From: an uncultured virus (IMG/VR IMGVR_UViG_3300038317_000166)
Taxonomy: Duplodnaviria > Heunggongvirae > Uroviricota > Caudoviricetes
Virus record (IMG/VR): IMGVR_UViG_3300038317_000166
Length of the DNA stretch: 64,000 nucleotides
Reading direction: 5' to 3' (one strand)
Made by a program: the position numbers and the translations under genes. Positions within the stretch are counted from its first letter, which is position 1; every line of letters starts with the position of its first letter. The notes under the pieces are model-generated. The model did not search any database. It saw only the letters and a program-made list of their open reading frames with translations, and was not told the origin of the DNA. This document shows positions 28,320-38,330 of this stretch, in pieces.

Positions 28320-31289
28320 TTAGGCTTTACGCAGGCTTGCGTATATTTCATCAGTAAAGATGCCTAGTACCTGCCGCTTTATTTCTTCGTTGCTCAAAAG
28401 CATCGAGAAAAAGTCCTGATTCTGCGAAAGCCCCTCGATAAGGGCATCGTCGATGTCGTCAAAATAGGAAAACTCAAAATCTTTGACGGTGTTGTTTCTG
28501 GCGCTGGTTTTCAGTTTATCTGATTTTAGCAGTATGTCCCGGATTTGCAGCATTGCTTTTACCGCAACATCATTGTCATAGGTTTTTCCTGTTCGACTAT
28601 TGATTTCCGCAATAATCTGGGAGAGTTTTTCTTCCTTTGCTTCGGTCAAGCCAAAGCTATCAGCCGTCGGCAGCTTCATAACCGGTTGCGCTACAAGCTC
28701 AGATTTTTTATGCTCCTCGTCCTTTTTCTGAACGAAATTGGTTGCCTTGATTTTTCCATCGAGGTTATAGCCGCCACCCGGATGCTTGATGTTGATGTAA
28801 GAAAGCAAGTAAGTAATGAAATTGTACTTCTTGTGCAGGTCTACATCCTCAAAACAGGAAACTTGGAGCAAAAATTCATAAAAACGAACGAAGTGGCGCA
28901 TGAGAGCTACGATCTCCTGCTGCTTGGTCACATCGTAATTTTCAATCAGATTTTTCGCCTTTTTGAAATAGAAGGTCAGTTTCTGCTTGTCCTTCGAAGT
29001 AATGTTATCACTGTAGAGCAGGTTGTTGGCCTTCTCAATATCATCCGGGTCAAGAACGGTATAGGAGTCGATATTAGCTTCAAGATCATAAATTGCCGTG
29101 GGTGTCACCGAATTTGACAGCAATGTCGTCGTGTAATATGGTGCAAAGGCAGCGGTAATATCCGCATAATCGTTTACGAAGTCCAACACGAATGTATGCT
29201 TCTCAAATGGCGGGAAGATGCGGTTCAAGCGTGACAGCGTCTGCACGGCTGTAACACCTTTTAGCTTTTTCATAACATACATGGCGCACAGCTTCGGCTG
29301 GTCGAATCCCGTCTGATATTTATTTGCCACAAGCAGGACTTGATAATCGTCCTTGTCAAATTTCTTGGTGAGCTGATCTTCAGAAAAACCGTTCATGGAG
29401 GATTCGGTGTATTCGGTTGTATCATCGTCCGGCAGCTTGACCTTGCCGGAGAAAGCCACCAGAGCGTGAATGTCCTTGTAACCTTTTTTCGTGATATAAC
29501 TCTCAAAAGCCTGACGGTATTTAACAGCGCCCTGGCGCGAAGCTGTAATCACCATTGCTTTTGCCATGCCGCCCAGCTCCGTCATAACGGAAGTGCGGAA
29601 ATGCTCAACAATGACCTCAATGCGCTGTGAGATGTTCGTTTCGTGCAGTTCCACGAATCGGGCAATCTGCCGCTTGGCGTCAGAAGTCTTGCAGCGTGGG
29701 TCGTCCTCGATTTCTTTATTTATCTGATAAAAGGTATCGTAAGTCGTGTAGTTCTGCAGCACATCAAGAATAAAGCCCTCTTCTATTGCTTGCTTCATAG
29801 AATAGACATGGAACGCCTCGCGCTGTCCCTTGGTATTCAACATCCCAAAAAGCTGAAGCGTGGTCGGCTTCGGCGTCGCCGTAAACGCAAACATTGAAAC
29901 ATTAGCCTGCTTACCGTTGCGAGCAATCTCATCAACGATCATATCCTGTGCATCACCGAAGTCCTGCTCACCAGCACCCAGCGACTGCGTAACGGCAGCC
30001 ATATCCTTTCCGGCAGTGGATGAATGCGCCTCATCAATTATGACAGCAAATCGTTTCGTTTTCAGCCCCGCGACACTGTCCACGATATACGGAAATTTCT
30101 GAATCGTAGTTGCGATGATTTTTGTGTTGCCTTTGAGGGCGATTGCAAGGTCGGCAGAGTTGCACTTGTCGTCCATCACACGGATAAGGCCTGTTTTGTG
30201 CTCCATACCCATGATGGCCTTTTGAAGCTGACGGTCGACAACCACACGGTCAGTGATGATGACCACATTGTCAAAGATGATTTTATCGTCAGCGTCATGC
30301 AGTGACGTGAGCCGATGCGCCAGCCAAGCGATAGAATTTGTTTTGCCGGAGCCTGCGCTGTGCTGAATCAGATAATTTTGCGCGGTTTTATTTTCGCTAA
30401 CGTCGCCCAATAGCTTACGAATGACGTCCAACTGGTGGTAACGCGGAAAAATGATACTTTCAGACTTTTTGATTTTGCCAGTAAACTCGTCCTCTTTTTC
30501 TTTTGTCTCTACAAATATAAACTTGCTGATGAGGTTGAGCAAGGTATCCTTTGTGAGAATATCCTCCCACATATAGGACACGCTGTACTTGTCCTTGAAG
30601 GTGGGATTGCCCGCTCCGGCGTTGACGCCTTTTCCGTTACCGATATTGAACGGCAGAAAGAAGGTGGAGTCGCCAGATAATTTCGTGGTCATATAGACCT
30701 CTTCCAGATCCATCGCAAAGTTGACGAGGCAGCCTGCCTTAAACAGGAAAAGGCGTGTCTTCGGATTGCGTTCACAGCGGTATTGATAAATGCCGTCCTG
30801 GTAGGACTGCCCGGCGGCATTGCACTTTAGCTCAAAGGACATGATGGCAAGTCCGTTCAGGAAGATAACCAAATCGACTCGTTCCTTGTCGCTTGCCCAG
30901 ACCTCCTCCATAACGGAGAAGATGTTCTTTTCATAGTTCGCAAGCAGTTCCCTGTTAAATGTGGTAGCTGGTTTGGTATACATCAGTTCCAGCTTCATGC
31001 TGGAAATTTCAATTCCGTGTTTCAGGATGTCCAATAGACTGCCGCGAGCTTTTGTCGCCTCGGCATTGATAAAGCTGACAAGGGTCTCCTCCAAATCATC
31101 CTTATATATTTTGCGCAGTGCCGTCATTGTTGCGCCCTGCGTATCGTTCAGAAATTTGAACAGCATCTCACGGTCGATGGAAAACAGGCGGTCATAGGAG
31201 GTGGCTTTACGAATCACATAACCGTTATCCTGCTCCAGCCGTTCCATGATGAAATGCTGGTATTCTTTTTCGGATAAGATGTTATTCAT
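28320..31289 (-). CDS. hsdR: Type I restriction endonuclease R subunit
   Basis: DLVIFLNG..ELK, HSAGSGKT, DEAH, FTATP, TGFDQP, QTLSRLNR. Confidence 0.96.
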   Translation of the reverse strand: MNNILSEKEYQHFIMERLEQDNGYVIRKATSYDRLFSIDREMLFKFLNDTQGATMTALRKIYKDDLEETLVSFINAEATKARGSLLDILKHGIEISSMKLELMYTKPATTFNRELLANYEKNIFSVMEEVWASDKERVDLVIFLNGLAIMSFELKCNAAGQSYQDGIYQYRCERNPKTRLFLFKAGCLVNFAMDLEEVYMTTKLSGDSTFFLPFNIGNGKGVNAGAGNPTFKDKYSVSYMWEDILTKDTLLNLISKFIFVETKEKEDEFTGKIKKSESIIFPRYHQLDVIRKLLGDVSENKTAQNYLIQHSAGSGKTNSIAWLAHRLTSLHDADDKIIFDNVVIITDRVVVDRQLQKAIMGMEHKTGLIRVMDDKCNSADLAIALKGNTKIIATTIQKFPYIVDSVAGLKTKRFAVIIDEAHSSTAGKDMAAVTQSLGAGEQDFGDAQDMIVDEIARNGKQANVSMFAFTATPKPTTLQLFGMLNTKGQREAFHVYSMKQAIEEGFILDVLQNYTTYDTFYQINKEIEDDPRCKTSDAKRQIARFVELHETNISQRIEVIVEHFRTSVMTELGGMAKAMVITASRQGAVKYRQAFESYITKKGYKDIHALVAFSGKVKLPDDDTTEYTESSMNGFSEDQLTKKFDKDDYQVLLVANKYQTGFDQPKLCAMYVMKKLKGVTAVQTLSRLNRIFPPFEKHTFVLDFVNDYADITAAFAPYYTTTLLSNSVTPTAIYDLEANIDSYTVLDPDDIEKANNLLYSDNITSKDKQKLTFYFKKAKNLIENYDVTKQQEIVALMRHFVRFYEFLLQVSCFEDVDLHKKYNFITYLLSYINIKHPGGGYNLDGKIKATNFVQKKDEEHKKSELVAQPVMKLPTADSFGLTEAKEEKLSQIIAEINSRTGKTYDNDVAVKAMLQIRDILLKSDKLKTSARNNTVKDFEFSYFDDIDDALIEGLSQNQDFFSMLLSNEEIKRQVLGIFTDEIYASLRKA

Positions 31290-31650
31290 CAGTTTTCGCC
31301 TCCTGCTTGTCTCTTAATATGAAATTACGCCCATTGTTGTCACTAAATACGATTTCGGTAAGCCTTGTGCCATTCAACACATACACCTCGCACCATGTGT
31401 CGAGGAGAGTTCTGCCTGCCCATCTTTCTTTGACGGTGTATATGACATTACCGCTTTTTTCGAGCCATTGCTGAATGGCATCATTTACATTATCATCGAA
31501 ATGAGAAACCGTATCGAAGTGCACACAAAATCCTTTAACCGCGATTTCAAGCAAACGATACTCTTCGTCGTCTTTGAGTGCCTTTATAAAATCGGTGCCT
31601 TTTATAACCAAACTTGGCATATTTCCATAATATGAGTAATCTACTTTCAT
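31282..31650 (-). CDS. Hypothetical protein inserted between hsdS and hsdR
   Basis: Overlaps both neighbours, RBS GGAGGTG; family not recognised. Confidence 0.7.
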   Translation of the reverse strand: MKVDYSYYGNMPSLVIKGTDFIKALKDDEEYRLLEIAVKGFCVHFDTVSHFDDNVNDAIQQWLEKSGNVIYTVKERWAGRTLLDTWCEVYVLNGTRLTEIVFSDNNGRNFILRDKQEAKTDE

Positions 31651-32948
31651 TGGGCAGGCACCTCCTTTTTCCCCGTGACATACTCATAGATGAGAGATTT
31701 TTTGTATTCTTCGAGAACGACGAGTTGCTCTCTTTTTTTGTAAATGATCTCCTCGGCTTTTCGGCAAGCCTCATCTAAATAGTCGCAGATTGAAGTCTGT
31801 TCTTCATTTGTGGTTGGCAAATTAATATAAATATCTTTCACCTTATCCCACGAACGAAAGTCGCTTGTATTCCCGCGTACACCGTTAGATATTAGTTTAT
31901 ACACACCTTGAAAAGCAAGGTGCTGTAGATAATAGACAATAAACCGTTTATCAGCAGTGCTGTCGCACACATGAACCACGCGTGTTATTTTTCCCTTAAA
32001 ATCAGATATAGCAATTGCTCCGTGCCATGTATCCATTCCATGTATTGCAATGTCGCCTTCATGGATTCCTTGCATCGCGTTATCTTCACTAACCATCTTA
32101 CCAACTGCATCTGCGTCCCTAATTAGCACTTTCCCTTGATTTGAGCAGACCAAAGCAGTATCTTCCGCTTCAAAATAACGAGATAGTTTTGTACATATAT
32201 ATCCAATCTTTGTTAATCGCCACGTGGCGTTAACGGGACCGATATAAAATATCCTGCTTTCCTTCATCTCGACGGCAGGGTTTAAGCCTTTTGTGACCGC
32301 TTCGGTGATAATGGAACGCTTATATTGCTCCAAGGTGTCAATCTGCGATTGAATATCGACAGCAAGGCTGTCGATCTCGGCACACTTGGCATCGAGGATA
32401 TCGGAAATAATTCGCTGTTCATACGCAGTTGCCACTGGAACAACTAAATCCCCAAACTTATCCATGGGTATGCGCATACGAATTGTATTTAACTTTCCAT
32501 TGCCGGACTCTTTTATGAGAATGCCGTTACCAAGACCAAATAAACTTTTCTGAAAAACGGTAGTCTGAAAAATATAGTTAAAATATCTCACATCATCTTC
32601 ATTACTATACGGTCTAAGCATATAATACACGGGGCTTACGCATCCGAAATATCGTGACAATCCAACCGAGCCAGAAAGTATATTCATGCTGTTCATCACT
32701 ATATCGCCCGGATATGCCAATCTATACGCACTCACATCTTCTTTTGGCTTATTACCGCCGCCTTCTTTTTCGTCATAAGGAATGACCCCCTGCTTTGCAG
32801 TAAGAGATAAAATATCAGATGTTCTTATTGGATTATTTTTTTCTATACGCTCTTTTAATGTGTATTTGATTTTTTTAAGTTTCCAGCTTGATGGGATTTC
32901 TTTGAGCCATTGTATACCGCTATCTTTCATCTGTCTCAATATCATCAC
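31647..32948 (-). CDS. hsdS: Type I specificity subunit
   Basis: MKDSGIQW..IP..W, EQ..I..LD, SIITEAVTKGL, YEYVTGK. Confidence 0.93.
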   Translation of the reverse strand: MMILRQMKDSGIQWLKEIPSSWKLKKIKYTLKERIEKNNPIRTSDILSLTAKQGVIPYDEKEGGGNKPKEDVSAYRLAYPGDIVMNSMNILSGSVGLSRYFGCVSPVYYMLRPYSNEDDVRYFNYIFQTTVFQKSLFGLGNGILIKESGNGKLNTIRMRIPMDKFGDLVVPVATAYEQRIISDILDAKCAEIDSLAVDIQSQIDTLEQYKRSIITEAVTKGLNPAVEMKESRIFYIGPVNATWRLTKIGYICTKLSRYFEAEDTALVCSNQGKVLIRDADAVGKMVSEDNAMQGIHEGDIAIHGMDTWHGAIAISDFKGKITRVVHVCDSTADKRFIVYYLQHLAFQGVYKLISNGVRGNTSDFRSWDKVKDIYINLPTTNEEQTSICDYLDEACRKAEEIIYKKREQLVVLEEYKKSLIYEYVTGKKEVPAQ

Positions 32949-32952
32949 CGCC

Positions 32953-35058
32953 TTAATCGAACAGCTTTGCTACGCGCTCATTGATTGATTTCTCAAGCGT
33001 AGTAAAGCGTTCCTCCAGCTCTTCACTGGGAGTAGGCTGCTGATATTTGTAAAAATAGCGGGTAAACGGTATCTCAGCGCCGGTCTTGATGATCGGCTTT
33101 TTTTTGCTCAAATCTTCTTCAAAAAATGCTTTCGCATCGGGGATGTGCGGCAGGACTTCTCGCGCCATGTAGGTGTCGATGTCTTCCTGGTATTTTACGA
33201 TTTCAGTATCCTTCGATTCTTTGTCATAGATGATTTCGCCCTTCTTGTCACGCTGAATCTCAGCGTTCTTATCCATGACGGAAAGACCGTCCGCAATTTT
33301 TTCAATCAACTTATTGTCTGCGGTTGCAGAAGACAGTACCTTTGTCAGTACAGGCAGAAACGCAGCCGGGGAGAGGTAGACTTCCTCAGAAGCAGCGGCT
33401 TCCAGTGCGGCAACGATGCCGTCAAACACAGGCTTGTTGTTCTGATAATCCTCCAGCTTCTTTACGTCCTTGCCGGACAGTTCTTCTTCAGAATTTTCCA
33501 GTTCGCTGACTTTGCCCTCGTCATATAAAGAACTGAGCGCGCCTTTGGAAAGCATCTGCTGGATGCGTTCTTCTGTGATGGCGTAGCTCCTTTGAAGCGG
33601 CTGCATCACGGTATATTCGCGGTAGATGAACTCTTCGTTGTTATAGATTTTGCAAAACTCGCTTTCTTTGAAGTCCGCATATATCCGTGTAATAGAGGAG
33701 CGATCTTCCGGAGCAATCTCGTTTTTCTTGTTGCCCAGAGCTTTGCGGAGTTTATGATAAATTCCGGAAGCGTCAATTAACTGAATTTTTCCCTTGCGCT
33801 CGGCACGTTTGTTTTTTGACAGTACCCAAATATATGTAGCGATACCGGTATTGTAAAAGAGGTCAGTCGGCAACGCAATAATCGCTTCAATTAGGTCGCT
33901 TTGCAGCAGCCAACGGCGGATCTGGCTTTCGCCGGATGCTGTGCCACCAGAAAACAGCGGACTGCCGTTTTGAATGATGGCTGCACGTCCATTATGCTTG
34001 TCCATTTTGTCGATTGCAGATTGCAAAAACAGCATCTGCATATCACCGGTACTAGGAAGCCCAGCGCCCCAGCGCCCGTCAAATCCCTTTTTGAATTCGT
34101 CATTTACCGCAGTCTCAACGCCCTCGGCAGCGTCCTTACCGCCCCACGCCGTACCGAATGGCGGATTTTCGAGCACGAAGCGCATCTCCGTACCCTTAAA
34201 GCGATCATCTATCATGGTATCCTGATAACAGATGTTCTCGGAGTTCTGCCCTTTGATGAGCATCTCGGCAAGGCACATTGCATAGGATTCCGGGTTGATT
34301 TCCTGCCCAAAAAGCCGAACGTCGGCGGAGGGGTTATAACGCTTGATGAAATTGTAGCCGGTGGAGAGCATACCGCCTGTGCCGCAGGCTTGGTCGAGTA
34401 TCGTGATAACCTTGCCATCATCAAAAATGTCGTCGCAGCCCTCTGCCAGCAGAATATTGACCATCGTTTTGATGATATCCCTGCCGGTGTAGTGGTCGCC
34501 AGCCTCGGCATTTTCAGAGAACTTACGGATAAGTTCTTCGAAAATATATCCCATCTTCACGTTGTCAATAGTACGCGGATCGAGGTCAAGCTCCGAAAAC
34601 GCCTTGACGACACTGAGCAGACGATTATTTTTATCCATCTTGTCGATTTGCTTATAGAAATCAAGACCCTTTTCCGCAGAGAGCAGAATTTCCTGTACGT
34701 TGGGAGAAAAGCCTTGAATATAGCTTTTAAAATTGGCTGCGATATGATCGGCATCATTTACCAGCTCTGCAAGGTCGTACCCACTGGTATTGTAAAACTG
34801 AAAGCCGGAAATGCGATACATTGCCTTTGCCGGATAGGTCGGGTCAGCGTTATATTTATCGACGACCGCTTTTTTCGTATGCGCAAGGGCACACTCAAAA
34901 CGGCGGATGATAGTCATCGGAATGATGACATCCTTATATTTATCACTCTGGTACGGACCGCGCAGCTTGTTTGCGATAGACCAGATAAAGTTTACTTCTG
35001 TGGAAACATCAATGGGGCTGTCGTCCCACATTGCATCTATTACTTGTTTATCAACCAT
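32953..35058 (-). CDS. hsdM: Type I methyltransferase
   Basis: AGDHYT, DQACGTGGM, NPPF, GSPLFSG, EIPFTRYFY. Confidence 0.96.
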   Translation of the reverse strand: MVDKQVIDAMWDDSPIDVSTEVNFIWSIANKLRGPYQSDKYKDVIIPMTIIRRFECALAHTKKAVVDKYNADPTYPAKAMYRISGFQFYNTSGYDLAELVNDADHIAANFKSYIQGFSPNVQEILLSAEKGLDFYKQIDKMDKNNRLLSVVKAFSELDLDPRTIDNVKMGYIFEELIRKFSENAEAGDHYTGRDIIKTMVNILLAEGCDDIFDDGKVITILDQACGTGGMLSTGYNFIKRYNPSADVRLFGQEINPESYAMCLAEMLIKGQNSENICYQDTMIDDRFKGTEMRFVLENPPFGTAWGGKDAAEGVETAVNDEFKKGFDGRWGAGLPSTGDMQMLFLQSAIDKMDKHNGRAAIIQNGSPLFSGGTASGESQIRRWLLQSDLIEAIIALPTDLFYNTGIATYIWVLSKNKRAERKGKIQLIDASGIYHKLRKALGNKKNEIAPEDRSSITRIYADFKESEFCKIYNNEEFIYREYTVMQPLQRSYAITEERIQQMLSKGALSSLYDEGKVSELENSEEELSGKDVKKLEDYQNNKPVFDGIVAALEAAASEEVYLSPAAFLPVLTKVLSSATADNKLIEKIADGLSVMDKNAEIQRDKKGEIIYDKESKDTEIVKYQEDIDTYMAREVLPHIPDAKAFFEEDLSKKKPIIKTGAEIPFTRYFYKYQQPTPSEELEERFTTLEKSINERVAKLFD

Positions 35059-35126
35059 AAATATTTCCTCCGTTCAGGCGCTTGCCTGTTTTAATTCTGT
35101 ATTAACGGCTGTCCCATAAGAAGGAC

Positions 35127-37403
35127 TTACGCCTCTATGCCCATCATCATATTGTAATGCTGTTCCTGATGCAGCGATTCAAAGATGAGCTTGAACACCG
35201 ATTTATACTGCTCGGCATCGATACAATCCTCAACATAATTCAAGCCGTCACTGATGCCCTGCGGATTGTTGATATAGGTCAGCATTGCCGAAGCAAGCTG
35301 ATATTTCTCGTAGTCCGGTTTACCGCCTTCTACGGGCGTTACGAATTTATCTTTATTATCATCTAGAACAAGCTTGCGGATGTTGGTCCCTTCATAACCG
35401 CAAAGCTGTAGGAAGTAGTATTCAAGAATACGACGGATTACATTGAGCAAAGGAATGGTGGATTTCAGTGCTCGGAATTCGTCCCACAGCGCCGCATAGG
35501 AATTTTGAACAGGATTGTAATTCTCTCTCTCGGTCGGGCTGCTTTCACTTTCGCGGTCACAAAGCTTGACCGTAGATACATTATCAGCTTTATGTATCAT
35601 ATAAAACGAAACGCTCTTGTAACGTCCGACCTGACGATATGTTATTTCTCTGTGGAAGTACACATTATGCGTAAGGATAAATATCTGTTTTATGTAGTCG
35701 CCCTGAACAGTTTGCCCGCGATAATCGGTATTGTTATAGCAGACTTCGACCATTTCACGAATGATCGCACTGACAATAAACAGCGTATTGCTATCCATGC
35801 TGGAAACCGGGTCATCAATAACCACAATTTTGTCTTTTACTTCGTCGCTGCTGTGACTGCCGCGAACAAGATTATAGAAATATAGAAAAGCAATAAAATT
35901 ACGCTCGCCCTCACTCAGCTTTACCGCGATACTTCCATCTTCACGGATAACCTCATAAACATTCGGAGTATCTTTCTTTTCACGAAGGCTGAAGCCTTGG
36001 AAGCCGGAATCTTTCAGAAGAGCATTTATGCTGGCAATGGCGGCTTGCGTATTTACTACCTGCTTATTAAGTTCTGCAATCTCTCCTGTCGCTGCATTGA
36101 AAGCACGGCGGGCAGCGGTTGCTTTGGATGTCAGTTCATCGGCTTCTTTTTGTAACTTAACCTGTTCCGCCTTATATTTTGCTACATCCGCACTCAGCAT
36201 GAAAGCAAGATGCTCCCACACCTGATTTACTGAGGATGTCTTTTTTGCCTTTTTGTCGTTCACGACATCGTTGTTTGCAATTATTTGACGATTGATTTCG
36301 TCAATAAGCGTACCAATTTCGATAAGCAGCGAATCCGTATCCTCGAGAGCCACAACAGACGTAGGTTCTTTCACCTTTCCGGCGATGCGCTGCTTGTTGA
36401 TTTCAATGCTGCTTTTCAACAGTGCTATTTTGTCTTTGTATTCCGTCACGTCAACGGTTGCAAGCACATCCTGTAAATTTGCTTGCAGCGTGTCTAAAAT
36501 GGCATCTGTTTCACGGGTGTAAGTAGCTTGAAAATCCGCAATATCGTCAATATCCTGCTGATATTGAGCATCAAAGCAAGCGGCAATTTCTTCATCAAAG
36601 CCCTCCGGCAGTTTCTGCTGGCAGAAAGGACACTTTCCATCAGCTCCTGCAACATAGTGGTCATGACCTTGCCGTACCCAGTCAGTGGCATGGAGTGCTT
36701 TCATAAATTTAGTGAATGATGATTCGCTGCTGCTAACGATAGCCTTGTCCATAAGGTCTTTTCCGGGTAACTTTCCATATGTGGTGGAACTGCCTGCTCT
36801 GGAGAAAAGCTTATATACTCTTGCAGAGGTATCAAATGCGATATCGTACATCTTCTTTAGAGCGGTTAAATCGTGCTCCGCTGGGGTGGGAACGGCTAAA
36901 ATGGCATCAGCAAACAGATTTATTCGTTTTTTGCCCTTCATGGCCTCATCAAAAGTTTCTCTTACAGTCTTTGTTTTGCTCCAGCAAGCATTCTGCAAAG
37001 AACTTAATGATGTGGCCATATCATCCCGCTTGCCGCCTGCCGCAGTAGTCAGTGTGCGGTACTGCTCATCAAACGAGGCTCTGTCAGCGGTTTTCTGCTC
37101 AACTTGCTTTTGAATCTCTATATTCGTATCACATACGGTAAATACACCTGCGAGATTCCCGTAATTTTGCAGATTGCTATTAATAAAGTCTTGGTCATAA
37201 ACCAAGATATCGTAGTCTGCGGCGGATTTTCCATCCTGCCAATCCAAGCTGGTATCAGAGCCGATAGCCTGCGCTATTGTTGATTTTCCGGCACCGTTTC
37301 TCCCATAGAAAAAATTGATAAAGGTTGGCTCAACCACGTCTCCGTTGAAGGTGGGGGTATTGAGCGTTATTTTTTTTATTGCGGATGGCATTTTAGACGT
37401 CAT
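35127..37403 (-). CDS. RloC-like (AAA_13) ABC ATPase with zinc hook and HEPN-like C-terminus
   Basis: GRNGAGKS, CPFCQQ, LSEGE, IDDPVSSMD, LTHN, NVIRRILEYYF. Confidence 0.85.
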   Translation of the reverse strand: MTSKMPSAIKKITLNTPTFNGDVVEPTFINFFYGRNGAGKSTIAQAIGSDTSLDWQDGKSAADYDILVYDQDFINSNLQNYGNLAGVFTVCDTNIEIQKQVEQKTADRASFDEQYRTLTTAAGGKRDDMATSLSSLQNACWSKTKTVRETFDEAMKGKKRINLFADAILAVPTPAEHDLTALKKMYDIAFDTSARVYKLFSRAGSSTTYGKLPGKDLMDKAIVSSSESSFTKFMKALHATDWVRQGHDHYVAGADGKCPFCQQKLPEGFDEEIAACFDAQYQQDIDDIADFQATYTRETDAILDTLQANLQDVLATVDVTEYKDKIALLKSSIEINKQRIAGKVKEPTSVVALEDTDSLLIEIGTLIDEINRQIIANNDVVNDKKAKKTSSVNQVWEHLAFMLSADVAKYKAEQVKLQKEADELTSKATAARRAFNAATGEIAELNKQVVNTQAAIASINALLKDSGFQGFSLREKKDTPNVYEVIREDGSIAVKLSEGERNFIAFLYFYNLVRGSHSSDEVKDKIVVIDDPVSSMDSNTLFIVSAIIREMVEVCYNNTDYRGQTVQGDYIKQIFILTHNVYFHREITYRQVGRYKSVSFYMIHKADNVSTVKLCDRESESSPTERENYNPVQNSYAALWDEFRALKSTIPLLNVIRRILEYYFLQLCGYEGTNIRKLVLDDNKDKFVTPVEGGKPDYEKYQLASAMLTYINNPQGISDGLNYVEDCIDAEQYKSVFKLIFESLHQEQHYNMMMGIEA

Positions 37404-37459
37404 AATTTTTCTCCTTCCACCGAGATTGGTCGGTATTTACGAAATGTGATTGTTGTCTA

Positions 37460-37660
37460 TCAGTCTTTAATTTTTCCTTTTCGTACCCATTCATCAACTT
37501 CGGAAATTTTGAACTTATATCTCTTTCCAGCTTTGTTGATGGGGAGTTTGCCTTCACGCATCCATGTGCGGACGGTGTCCTTGCTCACACTGAGATATTC
37601 TGCAATATCCTCAAGGTTTACCCACTTTTCAGTAACAATATTTTCTTTCTCGCTGCTCAT
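37460..37660 (-). CDS. Excisionase-like HTH DNA-binding protein
   Basis: EDIAEYLSVSKDTVRTW..GKLP..KAGKRYKF..EVDEW. Confidence 0.88.
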   Translation of the reverse strand: MSSEKENIVTEKWVNLEDIAEYLSVSKDTVRTWMREGKLPINKAGKRYKFKISEVDEWVRKGKIKD

Positions 37661-37703
37661 TTTGAACCTCCATGTATATCTCGTTTCGGTATGGCTTTTT
37701 TCC

Positions 37704-38330
37704 TTAAAGCAGTGTATCCAAACCTGCGTTACGCAGTTTTTCTATTATGTTTATCTGCTTAATTGTCCAATGCGTACTGTCGAATTCATTGAACGCCGAA
37801 GCACTGTCAATAGAAATTTCACAAGCAAGTTCATTCAATCGGCTCTGGGGTATTGGATACAGCAGATGAAAAGACACCCTAATACCATTGTCCTGAATGC
37901 TTATATCATTTACAAATCCGAGGTATGCTTGTTGATTCCCACCCGCACAACAATATTGATAATTTTTGCCTGCAAATATAGCTGGGAAGGTCTTTATTGC
38001 TGCAATGGCATCTATATCGAGCGTTGCATATAAGGCTTTCAATTCAGGTGTTATACTTTCGGTTAAGGCACACTTCTTCGGTACTATAAAATATCCTCCA
38101 GTAAATGTTTCATCGCCGATAACGAAAAGATTATAATAATCCTCATTTATAGTCCGTCTTGTCGGTAGTGTTACACCGTTTGCTTGGACAACAGGGATAT
38201 AAACGCTTTTCATGTTTACCACATTTGCTTGAGCAATCAGCGTGTTCCCGTCACCGGGTAGAGTTATATTTGCCGATGCGCCTCTCGACGGAAGGACGGA
38301 CGATGAGATCTGCTGAAGTTTTTCACTCAT
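37704..38330 (-). CDS. Hypothetical protein: N-terminal short N/Q/G motif plus globular domain
   Basis: Start overlaps the upstream stop by 8 nt; YNLFV..FPAIFA..E..STHWTIK domain. Confidence 0.8.
   Translation of the reverse strand: MSEKLQQISSSVLPSRGASANITLPGDGNTLIAQANVVNMKSVYIPVVQANGVTLPTRRTINEDYYNLFVIGDETFTGGYFIVPKKCALTESITPELKALYATLDIDAIAAIKTFPAIFAGKNYQYCCAGGNQQAYLGFVNDISIQDNGIRVSFHLLYPIPQSRLNELACEISIDSASAFNEFDSTHWTIKQINIIEKLRNAGLDTLL

Noticed and set aside
33901..35094. 397-aa plus-strand ORF
   Set aside because: Antisense shadow of hsdM with no recognisable motifs
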